A stretch of 64,000 nt of DNA from an uncultured delta proteobacterium (lineage in GTDB: Bacteria > Desulfobacterota > Desulfobacteria > Desulfobacterales > Desulfatirhabdiaceae): the NCBI GenBank assembly GCA_963789395.1, contig CAWBKP010000024.1, positions 288,001-352,000 on the forward strand. The letters run 5' to 3'. Both the position numbers and the translations under genes were made by a program. Of this stretch, positions 42,889-54,157 are shown one piece after another; the stretch's first letter is position 1, and each line of letters starts with the position of its first letter. Under the pieces are notes generated by a model. It did no database searches and was not told where the DNA came from. It saw only the letters and a program-made list of their open reading frames with translations.

Positions 42889-43797
42889 ATGTTCAAACAC
42901 ATTCTGGTTCCCCTGGACGGATCGCTTCTGGCCGAGGCGGCGCTGCCGGCAGCCGCTTTTCTGTCCGGAAAATTTCAAGCAAGCGTCACCCTGGTGCATA
43001 TCATCGAAAAAAACGCCCCGCGTGAAATCCATGGGCAGCCCCACCTGAGAGATGCGGCGGAAGCCGCGGCCTATCTGAAAACGATATCCCGGCAATGGTT
43101 TCCGGAAGGGCTGCGGATTGAATGCCACGTGCATGCCACCGAAGTCGACAATGTCGCGGAAAGCATCGTGCAGCATAGCGGGGAATTTGATTATGACCTG
43201 ATCGTGATGTGCTCGCACGGCCGCGGCAGGGCCCTTCATCTCATCCTGGGAAGCATGGCCCAGAAAGTCATTTCCATGGGATCGATTCCCGTTCTGATCG
43301 CCCGTCCGGGTGAACATGACGAAATTCCGACATTTTCCTGCTCGGCCGTGCTGACGCCGCTCGATGGCGTTCCGGATCATGAACAGGCGTTGCCGGTTGC
43401 AAAAATTCTGGCAAAATCCTGCCAGGCAACCATATGTCTGGCGATGGTCGTTCCCCGGTTTGGAAGCCTGTCGGGTCAGATGACGGTGACAAGCCGGTTT
43501 CTGCCGGGAACGGTGTCCAAAATGCTGGAATTATCCGTTCAGAGCGCCGAAGCCTATCTCAAGTCCCTGGCCGATATGCTGATAAGCGAAGGGTTTGCCG
43601 CAAGCGCCCATGTCCGGCGCGGTGATCCGGCAGACAGCATCGTGGCCATTGCCCGGCAGCTGCAGGCGGACGTTATTGTTCTGGCCACTCACGGAAAATC
43701 GGGGATGGAGGCATTCTGGGCCGGAAGCGTGGCCCATAAAGTATGCAGCCAGTGCCGGATACCGATACTGCTGGTTCCGGTGAAAAACGCCAAATAG
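42889..43797 (+). CDS. Tandem-domain universal stress protein
   Basis: [11 protein letters not shown]....GSMA; second domain THG....GSVA. Confidence 0.88.
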   Translation: MFKHILVPLDGSLLAEAALPAAAFLSGKFQASVTLVHIIEKNAPREIHGQPHLRDAAEAAAYLKTISRQWFPEGLRIECHVHATEVDNVAESIVQHSGEFDYDLIVMCSHGRGRALHLILGSMAQKVISMGSIPVLIARPGEHDEIPTFSCSAVLTPLDGVPDHEQALPVAKILAKSCQATICLAMVVPRFGSLSGQMTVTSRFLPGTVSKMLELSVQSAEAYLKSLADMLISEGFAASAHVRRGDPADSIVAIARQLQADVIVLATHGKSGMEAFWAGSVAHKVCSQCRIPILLVPVKNAK

Positions 43798-43942
43798 GAT
43801 CAATGAAATCATATCCATATTCCGTCCCCTATAGCCCCGGCCGTCGTGATAGAAGGTCGCTTCGTTCAGCCTGGGTGTCTAAACATTGGAGCGGGCCATT
43901 GACAGTGCATTCTGCAAACCTTTGGATTATGACGCGAACCCA

Positions 43943-45079
43943 TTACTTGTAAGCCGAGAAATCTACCCCTCGAGTACGTCCTCTTTCATCAAACCAGTCC
44001 ATCTCGGTAACCGGGGGTGCGGTTACGTCCTCCCGGTCCTTATGCACCAGACTGATGGATTCCGTCGGACAGGTATTGATGCACAGGCCGCAGCCGATGC
44101 ACCTTTCGGCAACGATGCGATATGTGTCTTCGTCTTTTAAAATTGCGTTTACCTGGCAGCGCGAATCCGCACAGGTCCCGCAGGCAATGCATGTCTCGGT
44201 ATCGATCTTGGCATAATAATGGGAATTGATCACCAGTGAAGCCGGGATATCGTAATCATTGATTGCTCTGAGCACGCCGCAACAGCATTTGCAGCAGTTG
44301 CAGATATAATACTGACCGAACTGGACGTTGCCTGTCAAATGAACGAGGCCCTCTTCTTCAGACTTTTTCAACAACAGGTAAGCCTCGTCTTTTGTAATGA
44401 CACGACCGACAGGATATTTGTCAAAAACGCCCGGGACAGGCGCTATCGCCAGGCACACCTGCGTTGACCTGTCACAAGGATGGCCAAGCAGCCCGCGTTC
44501 TTTCTTGCATACACATTCATTTGCCAGAAACGATTGGCCGTTTTCGATTATTGTGGATACTTTTTCATAAGACAGCGCCTCCTGATGAATTGGAATGGAT
44601 TTTTCAATGGCAAGCGTTTGCATCAGCTGCGGCGTATTCGAGAAGAACTGTTTCCCGTAAATCGGGCTATACCCTTCGTTCAGTTCGGCAAACTCCTTGT
44701 CCATATGAGGAAGCTGAAACTCGTAAATGCCGAATACCCAGGGCAGCATTTTAAAGAAACGGATTTTACCCATGGCAATGCTGAAGAGCTGACCTTTTTT
44801 CCCCATCGTCATGAGTTTGTTTTCCAATCCGGCAAGCGGGCGCCCGGTTCTCTGGGCGATCTCTTCGGCTGTCTCAAACGTCAGGCGCAGGTCGCAAAAA
44901 ATTTCCGCCTCTTCCGGCGTGAAGATTTTTTTCAAAATCGTGATTTCAAGTCCGTCATCGGTTGCTGGGAATCCATTCGGCAGGGTATCCAGGACCCTGA
45001 CCAATTTAAAATAGATATCATCGTCCACAAAATTATTTGAAGCTGCTGTCTTGCGGACTTCGGTCCCGTTCTCATTCAT
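43943..45079 (-). CDS. 4Fe-4S binding protein
   Basis: CVC...C, ICNCCKCCCG, two ferredoxin motifs (CIACGTC..RC, CIGCGLC...CP). Confidence 0.85.
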   Translation of the reverse strand: MNENGTEVRKTAASNNFVDDDIYFKLVRVLDTLPNGFPATDDGLEITILKKIFTPEEAEIFCDLRLTFETAEEIAQRTGRPLAGLENKLMTMGKKGQLFSIAMGKIRFFKMLPWVFGIYEFQLPHMDKEFAELNEGYSPIYGKQFFSNTPQLMQTLAIEKSIPIHQEALSYEKVSTIIENGQSFLANECVCKKERGLLGHPCDRSTQVCLAIAPVPGVFDKYPVGRVITKDEAYLLLKKSEEEGLVHLTGNVQFGQYYICNCCKCCCGVLRAINDYDIPASLVINSHYYAKIDTETCIACGTCADSRCQVNAILKDEDTYRIVAERCIGCGLCINTCPTESISLVHKDREDVTAPPVTEMDWFDERGRTRGVDFSAYK

Positions 45080-45353
45080 CAAAAATCCCTCCATATAAAG
45101 ACGCAATTTGGTGATTTCACCGTTTCATTGAAGTGCTCTTTTTAGCAGATTTGCCGGAATATAAAAGCAAAAACTTGCCGATAATATTATCCTTAAATTA
45201 TAAGACAATGGTGACCGGAGAAAAGAAATGTGTTATAGGGTATTTAAAATAACACATAAGACATTTCGATGTCGATCCGCAGGAAGCATCGGGATGAACC
45301 GGCAAGGCTTTTGTGACGGCTCCCCAAATGAAAGTCCACAATAAATGTGACTT

Positions 45354-47204
45354 ATGACTGCTCAGAATCTATCAGATAATATCCGTAAAGTGCATACCGG
45401 AGCGATTTCCGACGTCGCAGACGCCGAACAGCCGGCAATGAAAATTCCCAACCGGTATGCAATTCGGGAAACTGGTTCGGAGAAGTATATTTCCAGCATT
45501 GAGGCCCCGAATATAGCCGTTTATATTAAATCCGGTCTGTCCATTCCCGCTGCTGCAGTCGCCAAGGCCGCACCTGGGACCATTTATCTGGATGGGGTTG
45601 CTCAAAACGGTCCGCTTCTCGACCATGCCAGGCAGGTTTACAATTTCGATCACCATGAAGGCTGTGTGCGTCTGTTTACGCTTTCAACCTGTGAACAGGT
45701 TCTGCTGGTGATTAAAAAAGGGCTTGATCTGTGCAGCCGGGACTGGAAGGTTTATGCCAATGATCCCGATCTGGATACGATTCTTGCCGTTTGGCTGCTG
45801 TTGAATCATATGCGTATCCACGAACGGGAATCCATCCGTGAAAATATTCTGTTTCCCCTGGTTCGTCTCCAAGGCATCATCGATTCATTGGGGCTGGAAA
45901 TGAAAATCCCTGGCTGCTTTTCCGCCTGAATATCTGAATCAGATCCAGAAAATCATCGATCATCTGCGCCGGAAAGAGCTTCAGATCAAGAAGGACGGCC
46001 TGTGGGAACAGACCGATTTTTTGGAGTATGCCGCCGCCGTTTTGTGCGAAATCGATCAAATTGTATATGAATCCCAAAAAATGGGGAAATCACTGGGGAT
46101 CGAGGAACTTGCCCGCGTCAATCTTCCGGAGAGCCGGGTTGCGGTGGTGCTGCAATCCGATATGGGCATTTATGAAATCGAATCCCAGCTTAAAAAAATT
46201 TACGGCGGCAATATCGGCCTTGCGATTCTGAGAAAATCCCAGACAACATATACAGTCCGTCAGGTAGATCCCTTTTTGAAGAGACTCTGGAGGATGTTTA
46301 TGAAAAACTGAATTTTATGGACCCTGCTGTCAAATATCGGAACTTGAATAATAAATGGGGAGGGTCAACCGATATCGGCGGCTCCCCGCGTGAAAGCGGC
46401 ACGCGGCTGACACCGGAAGAAATCGCCAGGGCCGTCCGGGAAACTTTTATTGGACAATCCTTTTTTCAGCGCATACTCCAGTTTGCTTTCATGGCTGCAT
46501 CCTGCCTGGTGATTTTCGCAGCTGCAAATTTTGCGGCGGCTTATTGGGATCCGGGCAAATGGTTTGCAGGCCCCGGCTTGGATGCGATCGTTTCCGATCC
46601 GAATTTTGGATTTGTGATCGTGATGCTGCTGATGACGACTCTCATACTGGTGGGTGTGTCCGGCCGAAGGCTATGGCAATTCGGTATGATTTCACCCATG
46701 GGGAAAAAATGGTGGGTTTTTTTGCCGGTTACGATTCTGGCCGGATTCGCCGGCGGCGCCTGGGTACCGGCCGGGTTATCCACTTTGCCGGCGGTTGCCG
46801 GTACGCGAATGCTGTTGATCTGCATTCTGTTGCCGTTCGCATCTGAATACCTTTTCAGGGGCGTTCTTCATGGTGTCCTTGCCCAACGATCCAGAATACA
46901 GAGCAGCGTCAGCGAATATTTCGTTTCCTGGCCCAATCTGGGAACTTCAATCCTGTACAGCTTTTTTATGGTTTTTTTTCCGGTATTCCAGAACGGGATA
47001 ACTTCCCTGATCATCAATTTTAAATTGGGCTGGACCTGTTTTATCGCTTTTATTTTCGCGATTTCTCTGGGATTTGTCCGGGAACGCTCCCACAGTTTTT
47101 TTGCATCTTATCTGTTTCACCTGGTTTCGGTGATATTAATCGCATTTATGCCCGCAATTCTGATGTACGCGGGCCGGGTCCTTGCCGTCATATGGGGCCA
47201 TTGA
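45354..47204 (+). CDS. DHH-like soluble domain fused to a CPBP (CAAX-protease-like) membrane domain; frameshifts near 45910 and 46285
   Basis: YLDG, NFDHHEGC, NDPDLD; WGGSTDIGGSPR; TM block with SEYLFRG and RERSHS...FH. Confidence 0.65.
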
Positions 47205-47235
47205 CCCTGTTTACGTAAATGCTGCTGCCGATTCT

Positions 47236-47988
47236 TTATATCACCCCGGCGTCGGATTTTTTTATCCATCCGATCTTGCCTTCTGAAAAGGCGATCCGGA
47301 TATAATCGTCTCTTTCTTTATCGATTTTTACCTTTGTTCCGGCGTGAAGGACAAAGAGCTCCGTTGCATCATCCGTCAGTCCGGAACGGATCGATACCTT
47401 GTCCGGCAGAATGACGGCTTCCTTGTTAAAAGCGGATTCATTATTGTTGTAAACGGCCGTCAGGGTAAAGAGGAGTGACAAGGCCAGCACTACGTGGCCC
47501 GGCGTTTGGAAACGTTTGTTTCTTCGGATCATTCTAACCGTCAAAAGTACCCAGTAAATCAGGTTGAAAATGATCGCAGCCCATTGAATCCAAGTCTGCG
47601 GTACAAGATATTTCCAGAAAAACAAAATCCGGACAAGGGGGAGTTCCTTATCCCCTTTTTCATCCTTGGTGAGGGACTGCGCGTATTCGTAGTTGAATTT
47701 AAGATCCGGATCATGGGGCAGGAGCTTCATTGCCCGTTCGTACCATAAAATAGCATTGCCGATATTCCCGTTTTTCAGATAGGCGTTTCCGGTATCATAA
47801 AAAAGCTTTCCGTTATTAATCCCTTTATCCGCAATGCTTGAAAAAGCAGCGGCTGCTTCGGCAAACCGGCCTTCTTTGTAATCCTTGATGCCGTCCAGAA
47901 ATGTCCGGGCGGTTTCGCCGGCGCCGGTAATCCGGGCAGAGCAAAAAAGCATCAGGATAACCAGGAGAATGCGTTTGAATCCTTTCAT
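47236..47988 (-). CDS. batE: BatE-like TPR/SH3 protein
   Basis: TPR (GNAYLK...AILWYERA), FVLHAGTKV...GWI SH3; operon context. Confidence 0.8.
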   Translation of the reverse strand: MKGFKRILLVILMLFCSARITGAGETARTFLDGIKDYKEGRFAEAAAAFSSIADKGINNGKLFYDTGNAYLKNGNIGNAILWYERAMKLLPHDPDLKFNYEYAQSLTKDEKGDKELPLVRILFFWKYLVPQTWIQWAAIIFNLIYWVLLTVRMIRRNKRFQTPGHVVLALSLLFTLTAVYNNNESAFNKEAVILPDKVSIRSGLTDDATELFVLHAGTKVKIDKERDDYIRIAFSEGKIGWIKKSDAGVI

Positions 47989-49825
47989 CGCGATATCTTC
48001 CTTACCAGGTCACGGGTTTCCGAAAGAAGGGTTTCCCGGCTGCTCGAATCCATTTCCTGGCCGCTGAATCTGGCTGAATCAATTCCGGCGAGCAACCGGA
48101 TGGCTGACTCGGCGTTCTCGTCCGAAACTCCGTTTGACTTTAAAATATTCTCGGCTTCGGCATAGGTCAGGGATTCGCCCCGGATTCCGGCCCTGGATAA
48201 GATGATGGAAATCAGAGACCGGGACAGACAGGTTAAAAACGCTTCCGCAGAAACATCGGGTTTACAGGCGTCCTTCAGTGCCTGATCCGCGCGCTGCGCC
48301 ATCAGGCTGGACGGATCGTTATTTTTTGTTGTGACCGTCAGATAGGCTTTAACCCCAAGATAAAGAAGCGCCGGCGCCAGAAGAAACGCCCAGAACCAGG
48401 CCGGCGACAGGGTCTGTTGCGGTTCCAGCGCACTCATATCCTCTTTCAGGGCGAGAATATCCCGGCCAGTGAATTCCACGTTCTTTTTCAGGTGATTGCT
48501 CTCGGAGGCAGGCGGGGAATAAACATCAGCTTTGATCTTTTCATTGGATGGCTGGACAGTGATGGAAAGCGGTGCGGTCTTCCGGGTTTGATATTGGCCG
48601 CTTGACACATCAAAATAAATCAATGCGATAGGCTCCAGAGTATATTGACCCTCTTTTAACGGAACCAGCGCCGTGCGAAACACTTTTTTACCGCTGTATC
48701 CGTTCACGGCAACCTGTATGGTCTCCTGGGGGGCATCCTTGTAACTTTTGAATGCGTCCGGAATAACTATCTCCGGGGCTGCCGCATCCATAATGTTGCC
48801 GGTCCGCTGACGGTTACGGACAAGGTGGCGGATTCGCCCACGTTCAGTGAGGATTTGTCAATTTCCGATTGAACCTGAAACGTGCCCACAAGTCCGGAAA
48901 ATTGCCCTTTACCCTCAAAGGGAGGCAGGGGTTTGACCGTAACGGTTACCGGTTCCGTCCGGATAACCCTGCGCTCCATTCTTCCCTGTCCGAAAAACGG
49001 ATCATCCAGCATGCCGAAGGGGCTTTTTCGCGGGTTTTGACGCAGGACTAGATCACATTCCAGGATGGCCGGATCAATCGTTTTGGGGCCGGCGCCAACA
49101 GGAACCAGCAGGATGGATAGCTCGGTGACATTGTATTCACGTCCGTTCAAGACGGTTCTGTGGGTTTTCTGGCTTTTTTCGACCTCCTTTGCCGTAAAAC
49201 CTGAAAATTCGGGTTTCTGAAATCGGGCATTGGCGATCTGAATCGCATGGTACAGCTCGAAAGTATAGACAATCGGCTCTCCTTCATAAGGACTTGCATT
49301 GGAGACCTTTCCCTCTGCAAATACATCTTCGCTGCCGGTTTTCACCCCTGTCTGCGGGCTGACGGTAATGACAATTTCCGTGGTTTTCAGGGTGGCGGTG
49401 TCTGTCTTCACGGTCAGGGGGGGGATCACAAGCCGCCCTTCTTTTAGTGGAATCAGCGTGTACGTATGATTCACTTCTTTGGACATCTTGCCGTTGACGA
49501 TCTGAACACTGGTGCTCGTGCCGCCGGACATCATCCTGAAATCCCGAATGGGCGAAATGTCCACCGTCCCCTCTGCACCTTTAACCGTAATCGTAAGTTC
49601 AATGGATTCACCGGGACCGATGCGGGTATTATCCACAACCGCCTCGACCTCCGCGGCATGAACAGAGACATACAGGTTTAACAGGGCAATAACAATCAGA
49701 AATATCCTGCAGAACCGGTGTCCGGGTTTTAAGCCGAAAGCCTGTAGCAGAAGACTGCAGGCCGAAGAGACTTTCGTCCCCATTGCCGGTGTTTCAATAT
49801 CTCGATGGTTTTTTCGGTCACACAT
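47985..49825 (-). CDS. batD: BatD-family protein (frameshift near 48800)
   Basis: STSVQIVNG, YTLIP...G.LVIP, PY.GE.IVY, GLVG.F; operon context. Confidence 0.8.
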
Positions 49826-49868
49826 GATTAATTCCTGAAAGCTTTCTTTCTGTCTGCCTTGGTATCCA

Positions 49869-51728
49869 TTACCAGTCTTTCTCCACAGCGGTTTTTCCAT
49901 AAGCGGGAATCATTGCTTTACCTGGCTGATCCTTCAGACGGTTCAGGATTTGATCCGATTTATTTTTTGCTTCGGCATTTTCATGATCACCGGCAGGGGC
50001 AGATGGTAAAGGGCCCTGTTCTTTCTTGCCTTCAGCTTTTGGCTGATCCGCTTCTTTTCCAGCCATATTTTTCTGATCCTCCGGGGCTTTATCGTTTTTA
50101 TCAGTCATCTCTTTCCCGAAATCCGGTGAGGGCTTGTCTTTTTCGTCATTCTTTTCATCCTGCCTGGACTGCTCTCCCGGATCTTTGGGGGATTTTTCTT
50201 GCTGATCCGGGGTCTTCTCCGGCTCCTGTCCGTCTTTGGACGGATCTTTCGATTCGGAACCTTCTTTCTTATCGCCCTTATCGCTCTTGTCGCCTTGTTG
50301 CTGCGGATTTTTCTGCTCTTTATCCTGCTCCATGACCTTTTTGACAAATTCCAGATTCTGCTTTGCCTGGATATCGTCCGGATTGAGTTTCAGGGCGTCC
50401 TCATAATTTTTAACAGCGTCTTCGTATTGCTTTTTTCGAAAATCGGCATTTCCAAGATTATAATGGGCTTTTTGTTGAAGCAGTTTATTCTCGGCTTTGA
50501 GGGCTTCTTTGTAATTCTTTGCGGCTGCTTCGAAATTTCCCGTATGGTAATAGGCATTTCCGATGTTGTATAAAATATCCGCTCTGTCCGGATGTTCAAG
50601 CTGGGCATCGATAAAAAGCTTCAGCGCCTTGTCATACGCTCCCTGGTTATATGCTTCAATGCCTTCCTTCAAGGGATCAGCGGCATGAACCGGCACGCAC
50701 CACAATATAAGAAACATCATCCCCAGTAAGGTCTGCATTTTTCTGACAGAAGGAATAAACAGTTCGACTGCAAGGGCAAAGATGGCAAGGGCGAGAAACC
50801 ATTGAAAGCGGTCTTCCCAGATTTGTTTTTTATCCGTGGAAAGGGTGGATGCCTCCATTTTCCCGCGGATTTCATGAGTATAAATCATGTCCAGATCCAT
50901 GCTGCCGGCAACGGATTGCGCGTAGGCCCCGCCCGTGAGAACGGCCATTTTTTTCAACGTTTCCGCATCGATTCGGGTCATGATGATGTTGCCGGACCTG
51001 TCTTTTTTAATTCCCCCGGTCTCTGTGGGAATGGGAACACCTTCATCGCTTCCCACACCGATGCAAAACAGCTTTATGCCGTCCTTGCGGGCGTTTTCCG
51101 CAGCCTCTACAGGATCGATCTTGCCGGTGTTCTCCCCGTCTGTTATCAGAATGATGGCTTTCTGGGAAGTTGTTTTCAGGTCAAAGGCGGAAAGGCATAC
51201 CGTGATTGCACCGGAAATGTCCGTGCCGCCGACCGGCATGGAATCGGGTGTCAGTGAATTCAAAAAAATATGGAAAGCCTCATAATCCAATGTCAGCGGA
51301 CACTGGAGGAATGCGGTTCCGGCAAAGGCGACCAGACCGATTCTGTCACCCTTCAACATACCCAGCAGATCGTAAATCTCCCGCTTGGCCCGGTCGAGTC
51401 GGGTGGGTTGAATGTCCGTAGCAAGCATGCTTCGGGAAAGATCGATGGCAATGATGATATCGACGCCTTTTTGCTCGATGGTCTGCCATTTGTAACCGTA
51501 CTGGGGGCCGGACAGTGCGATGCAGAGAAACAAGAGAGAGCATAAGGCAAGCCAGACCTTGGTCCATCGGCGCCCGGAGCCTGCGTCCGGAGCAATGACG
51601 CCGAGGCTCCGGGCTGAGGCAAACCGGGACAGAATGCGTTGACGGGTCTTCATCCCGTAGACAACGACCAGAAATAAAACCGGGATTGCCCAGATGAGAA
51701 ACAACATTTCAATTTGATTGAATTTCAT
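49869..51728 (-). CDS. batB: BatB-BatC fusion (VWA + TPR + charged linker)
   Basis: DLSRSMLATDIQPTRL, PLTLDY, TDGE, YNLGNA, C-terminal EKDW. Confidence 0.85.
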   Translation of the reverse strand: MKFNQIEMLFLIWAIPVLFLVVVYGMKTRQRILSRFASARSLGVIAPDAGSGRRWTKVWLALCSLLFLCIALSGPQYGYKWQTIEQKGVDIIIAIDLSRSMLATDIQPTRLDRAKREIYDLLGMLKGDRIGLVAFAGTAFLQCPLTLDYEAFHIFLNSLTPDSMPVGGTDISGAITVCLSAFDLKTTSQKAIILITDGENTGKIDPVEAAENARKDGIKLFCIGVGSDEGVPIPTETGGIKKDRSGNIIMTRIDAETLKKMAVLTGGAYAQSVAGSMDLDMIYTHEIRGKMEASTLSTDKKQIWEDRFQWFLALAIFALAVELFIPSVRKMQTLLGMMFLILWCVPVHAADPLKEGIEAYNQGAYDKALKLFIDAQLEHPDRADILYNIGNAYYHTGNFEAAAKNYKEALKAENKLLQQKAHYNLGNADFRKKQYEDAVKNYEDALKLNPDDIQAKQNLEFVKKVMEQDKEQKNPQQQGDKSDKGDKKEGSESKDPSKDGQEPEKTPDQQEKSPKDPGEQSRQDEKNDEKDKPSPDFGKEMTDKNDKAPEDQKNMAGKEADQPKAEGKKEQGPLPSAPAGDHENAEAKNKSDQILNRLKDQPGKAMIPAYGKTAVEKDW

Positions 51729-52723
51729 GGTACACGCATAAATCGGGTATGGGTCAAAACAATCCATGTCCCCAGAAGGATAAAGGCAGGGATTAAAAAA
51801 TACCGGTAAAGCTCGTTGTATTCCGCAAAAGTCTTGATCTTTACTTCGGTTTTTTCCAGAGTATCGATGGTGTTGTATATCTGCTGCAGTCCTTCTGTAT
51901 TTTCCGCCTTGAAATACATGCCTCCGGTTTTCGTCGCAATTTCTTTAAGCGTGTCTTCATCAATATCCACCTGCTGATGGATATATCGTTCTCCGAAAAC
52001 AGGGTCCTTTATCAAAAACGGCACCAGGCCGCGGGTCCCCACGCCCACGGTATAGATTTTAATTCCTTTTTGGGCAGCCAGTTCAGTTGCAATCAGCGGG
52101 GACAGCTCGCCGGAATTGCTTTGCCCGTCTGTCAGCAGAATAATGACATTGGATTTGCTTTTAACATCCTCCAGCCGTTTCAGGGAAATACCGATGGCAT
52201 CTCCGATTGCCGTGTTCGGGCCGGCAGCGCCAATTTGAAGCCGCTCCAGAATGGTTGCAATGGTGTTGTAGTCCCGGGTGAGGGGCAACTGGGTATAGGC
52301 ATGGGACCCGAACACCACCATGGCGATCCGGTCGCCGTTTCGTTTGGATATAAAGTCCTGAACCACGTTTTTAACGGCTTCCAGACGGTTGACGATTTTT
52401 CCTTTATGCTTGAAATCTAAAGCTGCCATGCTTTCGGAAAGATCCACAGCAAGAATGATATTGATGCCCTCTGTTAAAACATTGACCTGTCTGGTGCCCC
52501 ACTGGGGTCTTGCCATGCCCAGAATCATCAGGCACAGGGCCGTATATTTCACTACGGGCAGGAGCCTTGCGATCCGCAGCATGCCGGATGGTTGAATGTC
52601 CCGGATCGGCATCAGGGATGGCAGGTTTAAAACCGGACGCATCTGCCGGCGTTTCCGGAAATAGATTGCCGCCGGAATCAGGAGCGTCAGTAACAAGAAG
52701 TAGGGGGATGCAAATAGAAACAT
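51725..52723 (-). CDS. batA: BatA VWA-domain protein
   Basis: ARPQ, DLSESM, PLT.D, TAIGDAI, LLTDG, IDEDTL..IA. Confidence 0.88.
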   Translation of the reverse strand: MFLFASPYFLLLTLLIPAAIYFRKRRQMRPVLNLPSLMPIRDIQPSGMLRIARLLPVVKYTALCLMILGMARPQWGTRQVNVLTEGINIILAVDLSESMAALDFKHKGKIVNRLEAVKNVVQDFISKRNGDRIAMVVFGSHAYTQLPLTRDYNTIATILERLQIGAAGPNTAIGDAIGISLKRLEDVKSKSNVIILLTDGQSNSGELSPLIATELAAQKGIKIYTVGVGTRGLVPFLIKDPVFGERYIHQQVDIDEDTLKEIATKTGGMYFKAENTEGLQQIYNTIDTLEKTEVKIKTFAEYNELYRYFLIPAFILLGTWIVLTHTRFMRVP

Positions 52724-52724
52724 T

Positions 52725-53255
52725 TTAGCCTTCAGCCTGCGTTTCAGCAGTCTGCTCAACAAATTTTCTGATAAAATACAGGTGCTCCCGCATTTTGCTC
52801 ACAGCAGCCGGAGCCCCGGCGAATTTGACCGGATCGGTTGAGCGGATCAGTGCTTTCAACGCCTGCTGCATTTCTTTGCTGATGCCCAGAAGGTCAATCT
52901 TCGGCAGCAGTTCCTCTGTGGTCATTTCCAGGGCGTTGATGCGGAAACGGGCTTCAATATAGGTTCTCAGGATGTTGGAAAGGCAGAAATAAAACGCTTT
53001 GCCATCCATGTTTTCCACATCAGCTAACGCATCCAGGGATCCAAGCGCCGCTTCATGGGGGAGAACCGGAGTTTCCACCGAAGACAGTTTGCGAGTCCGA
53101 CTTTTTTTAAAATAATATATGATGGCTCCGATAACGGCCAGAATTAGGACAGCACCCAGTATATAATATATCCAAGACCAGTCGGCCGCCAATACTTCCA
53201 GGGGCTTGATATCGTGGATATCGGTCATCGGAACAGGGTCGTTTGTCGCAGGCAT
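52725..53255 (-). CDS. Bat-operon single-TM protein (DUF4381-like)
   Basis: DIHDIKP, one TM, LRTYIE.RF.I.ALEMTTEE. Confidence 0.7.
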   Translation of the reverse strand: MPATNDPVPMTDIHDIKPLEVLAADWSWIYYILGAVLILAVIGAIIYYFKKSRTRKLSSVETPVLPHEAALGSLDALADVENMDGKAFYFCLSNILRTYIEARFRINALEMTTEELLPKIDLLGISKEMQQALKALIRSTDPVKFAGAPAAVSKMREHLYFIRKFVEQTAETQAEG

Positions 53256-54145
53256 TACCGTTTCCTTTTCTCCCGGATTCGAAAATAGCGATTCAGTGCA
53301 TCCACCACAGAACCTGCGGTATGGATTTCAATACAGTCCGTATCGGCAGTTTTCAGGGATTGCAGGGTATGGGTGTAATCTCGGGTCTTTTGTTCATGGT
53401 AACTGCGGCGGGTGGATGCGTCCGATGCGTCAAGAATAAGCAGTTGACCGGTCTCTGAATCCCGAACCGTCAGAATTCCCGCTTCCGGTAGATGGAACTC
53501 TCCGGGGTCCGAAAGCATCACGGCAATCAGTTCATGCTTTCGGGATATGGATTTCATCCGGTGAATATAGGAAGGAGGCGGCTCCTGTGAAATAAAATCG
53601 GATATGAGAAAGGAAATCGTTCGTTTACGGGATACCCGCCCCAGAAACGCTACTGCCTCACGTATGTCTGTTCCATTGTGTGCCGGTTCAAAGGCGAACA
53701 GCTCTTTTATTACCCGCCAGACATGTGCCGAGCCTTTCTTCGGGGGAATGTATTTTTCCACCCGGTCCGTAAACAGAATGGCCCCGACCTTGTCATTGTT
53801 CCGGATGGCGTTAAAGGCCAGGATCGAAGCAATTTCCGCTGCGGTTTCCTTTTTAAGGTTATCGGTGGTTCCAAAGCCTTCCGAGCCGCTCATGTCCACA
53901 AGAAGCATGACTACAAGTTCCCGCTCTTCTCGGTACAGCTTGACATAAGGTCTTCCCATGCGGGCTGAGACTTTCCAGTCGATGCTTTTAACATCATCGC
54001 CCGGTGAATATTCACGTACTTCTTCAAACTCGATTCCCGAGCCGCGGAATACGGATCGATACTGGCCGGCCATCATCGTGTTGACCATGCGGGCGCTTCG
54101 GATGTGTACTTTTTTGATTTTTTTTATGATTTCAGGTGAAAGCAT
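53255..54145 (-). CDS. DUF58 protein
   Basis: GIEFEEVREYSPGDDVKSIDWKVSAR, ISDF. Confidence 0.9.
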   Translation of the reverse strand: MLSPEIIKKIKKVHIRSARMVNTMMAGQYRSVFRGSGIEFEEVREYSPGDDVKSIDWKVSARMGRPYVKLYREERELVVMLLVDMSGSEGFGTTDNLKKETAAEIASILAFNAIRNNDKVGAILFTDRVEKYIPPKKGSAHVWRVIKELFAFEPAHNGTDIREAVAFLGRVSRKRTISFLISDFISQEPPPSYIHRMKSISRKHELIAVMLSDPGEFHLPEAGILTVRDSETGQLLILDASDASTRRSYHEQKTRDYTHTLQSLKTADTDCIEIHTAGSVVDALNRYFRIREKRKR

Positions 54146-54157
54146 CTGTTGTTCCCA

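Noticed and set aside
49960..50335. Low-complexity K/D/E/Q-rich stretch as a tandem repeat
   Set aside because: Ordinary disordered linker of BatC-type proteins
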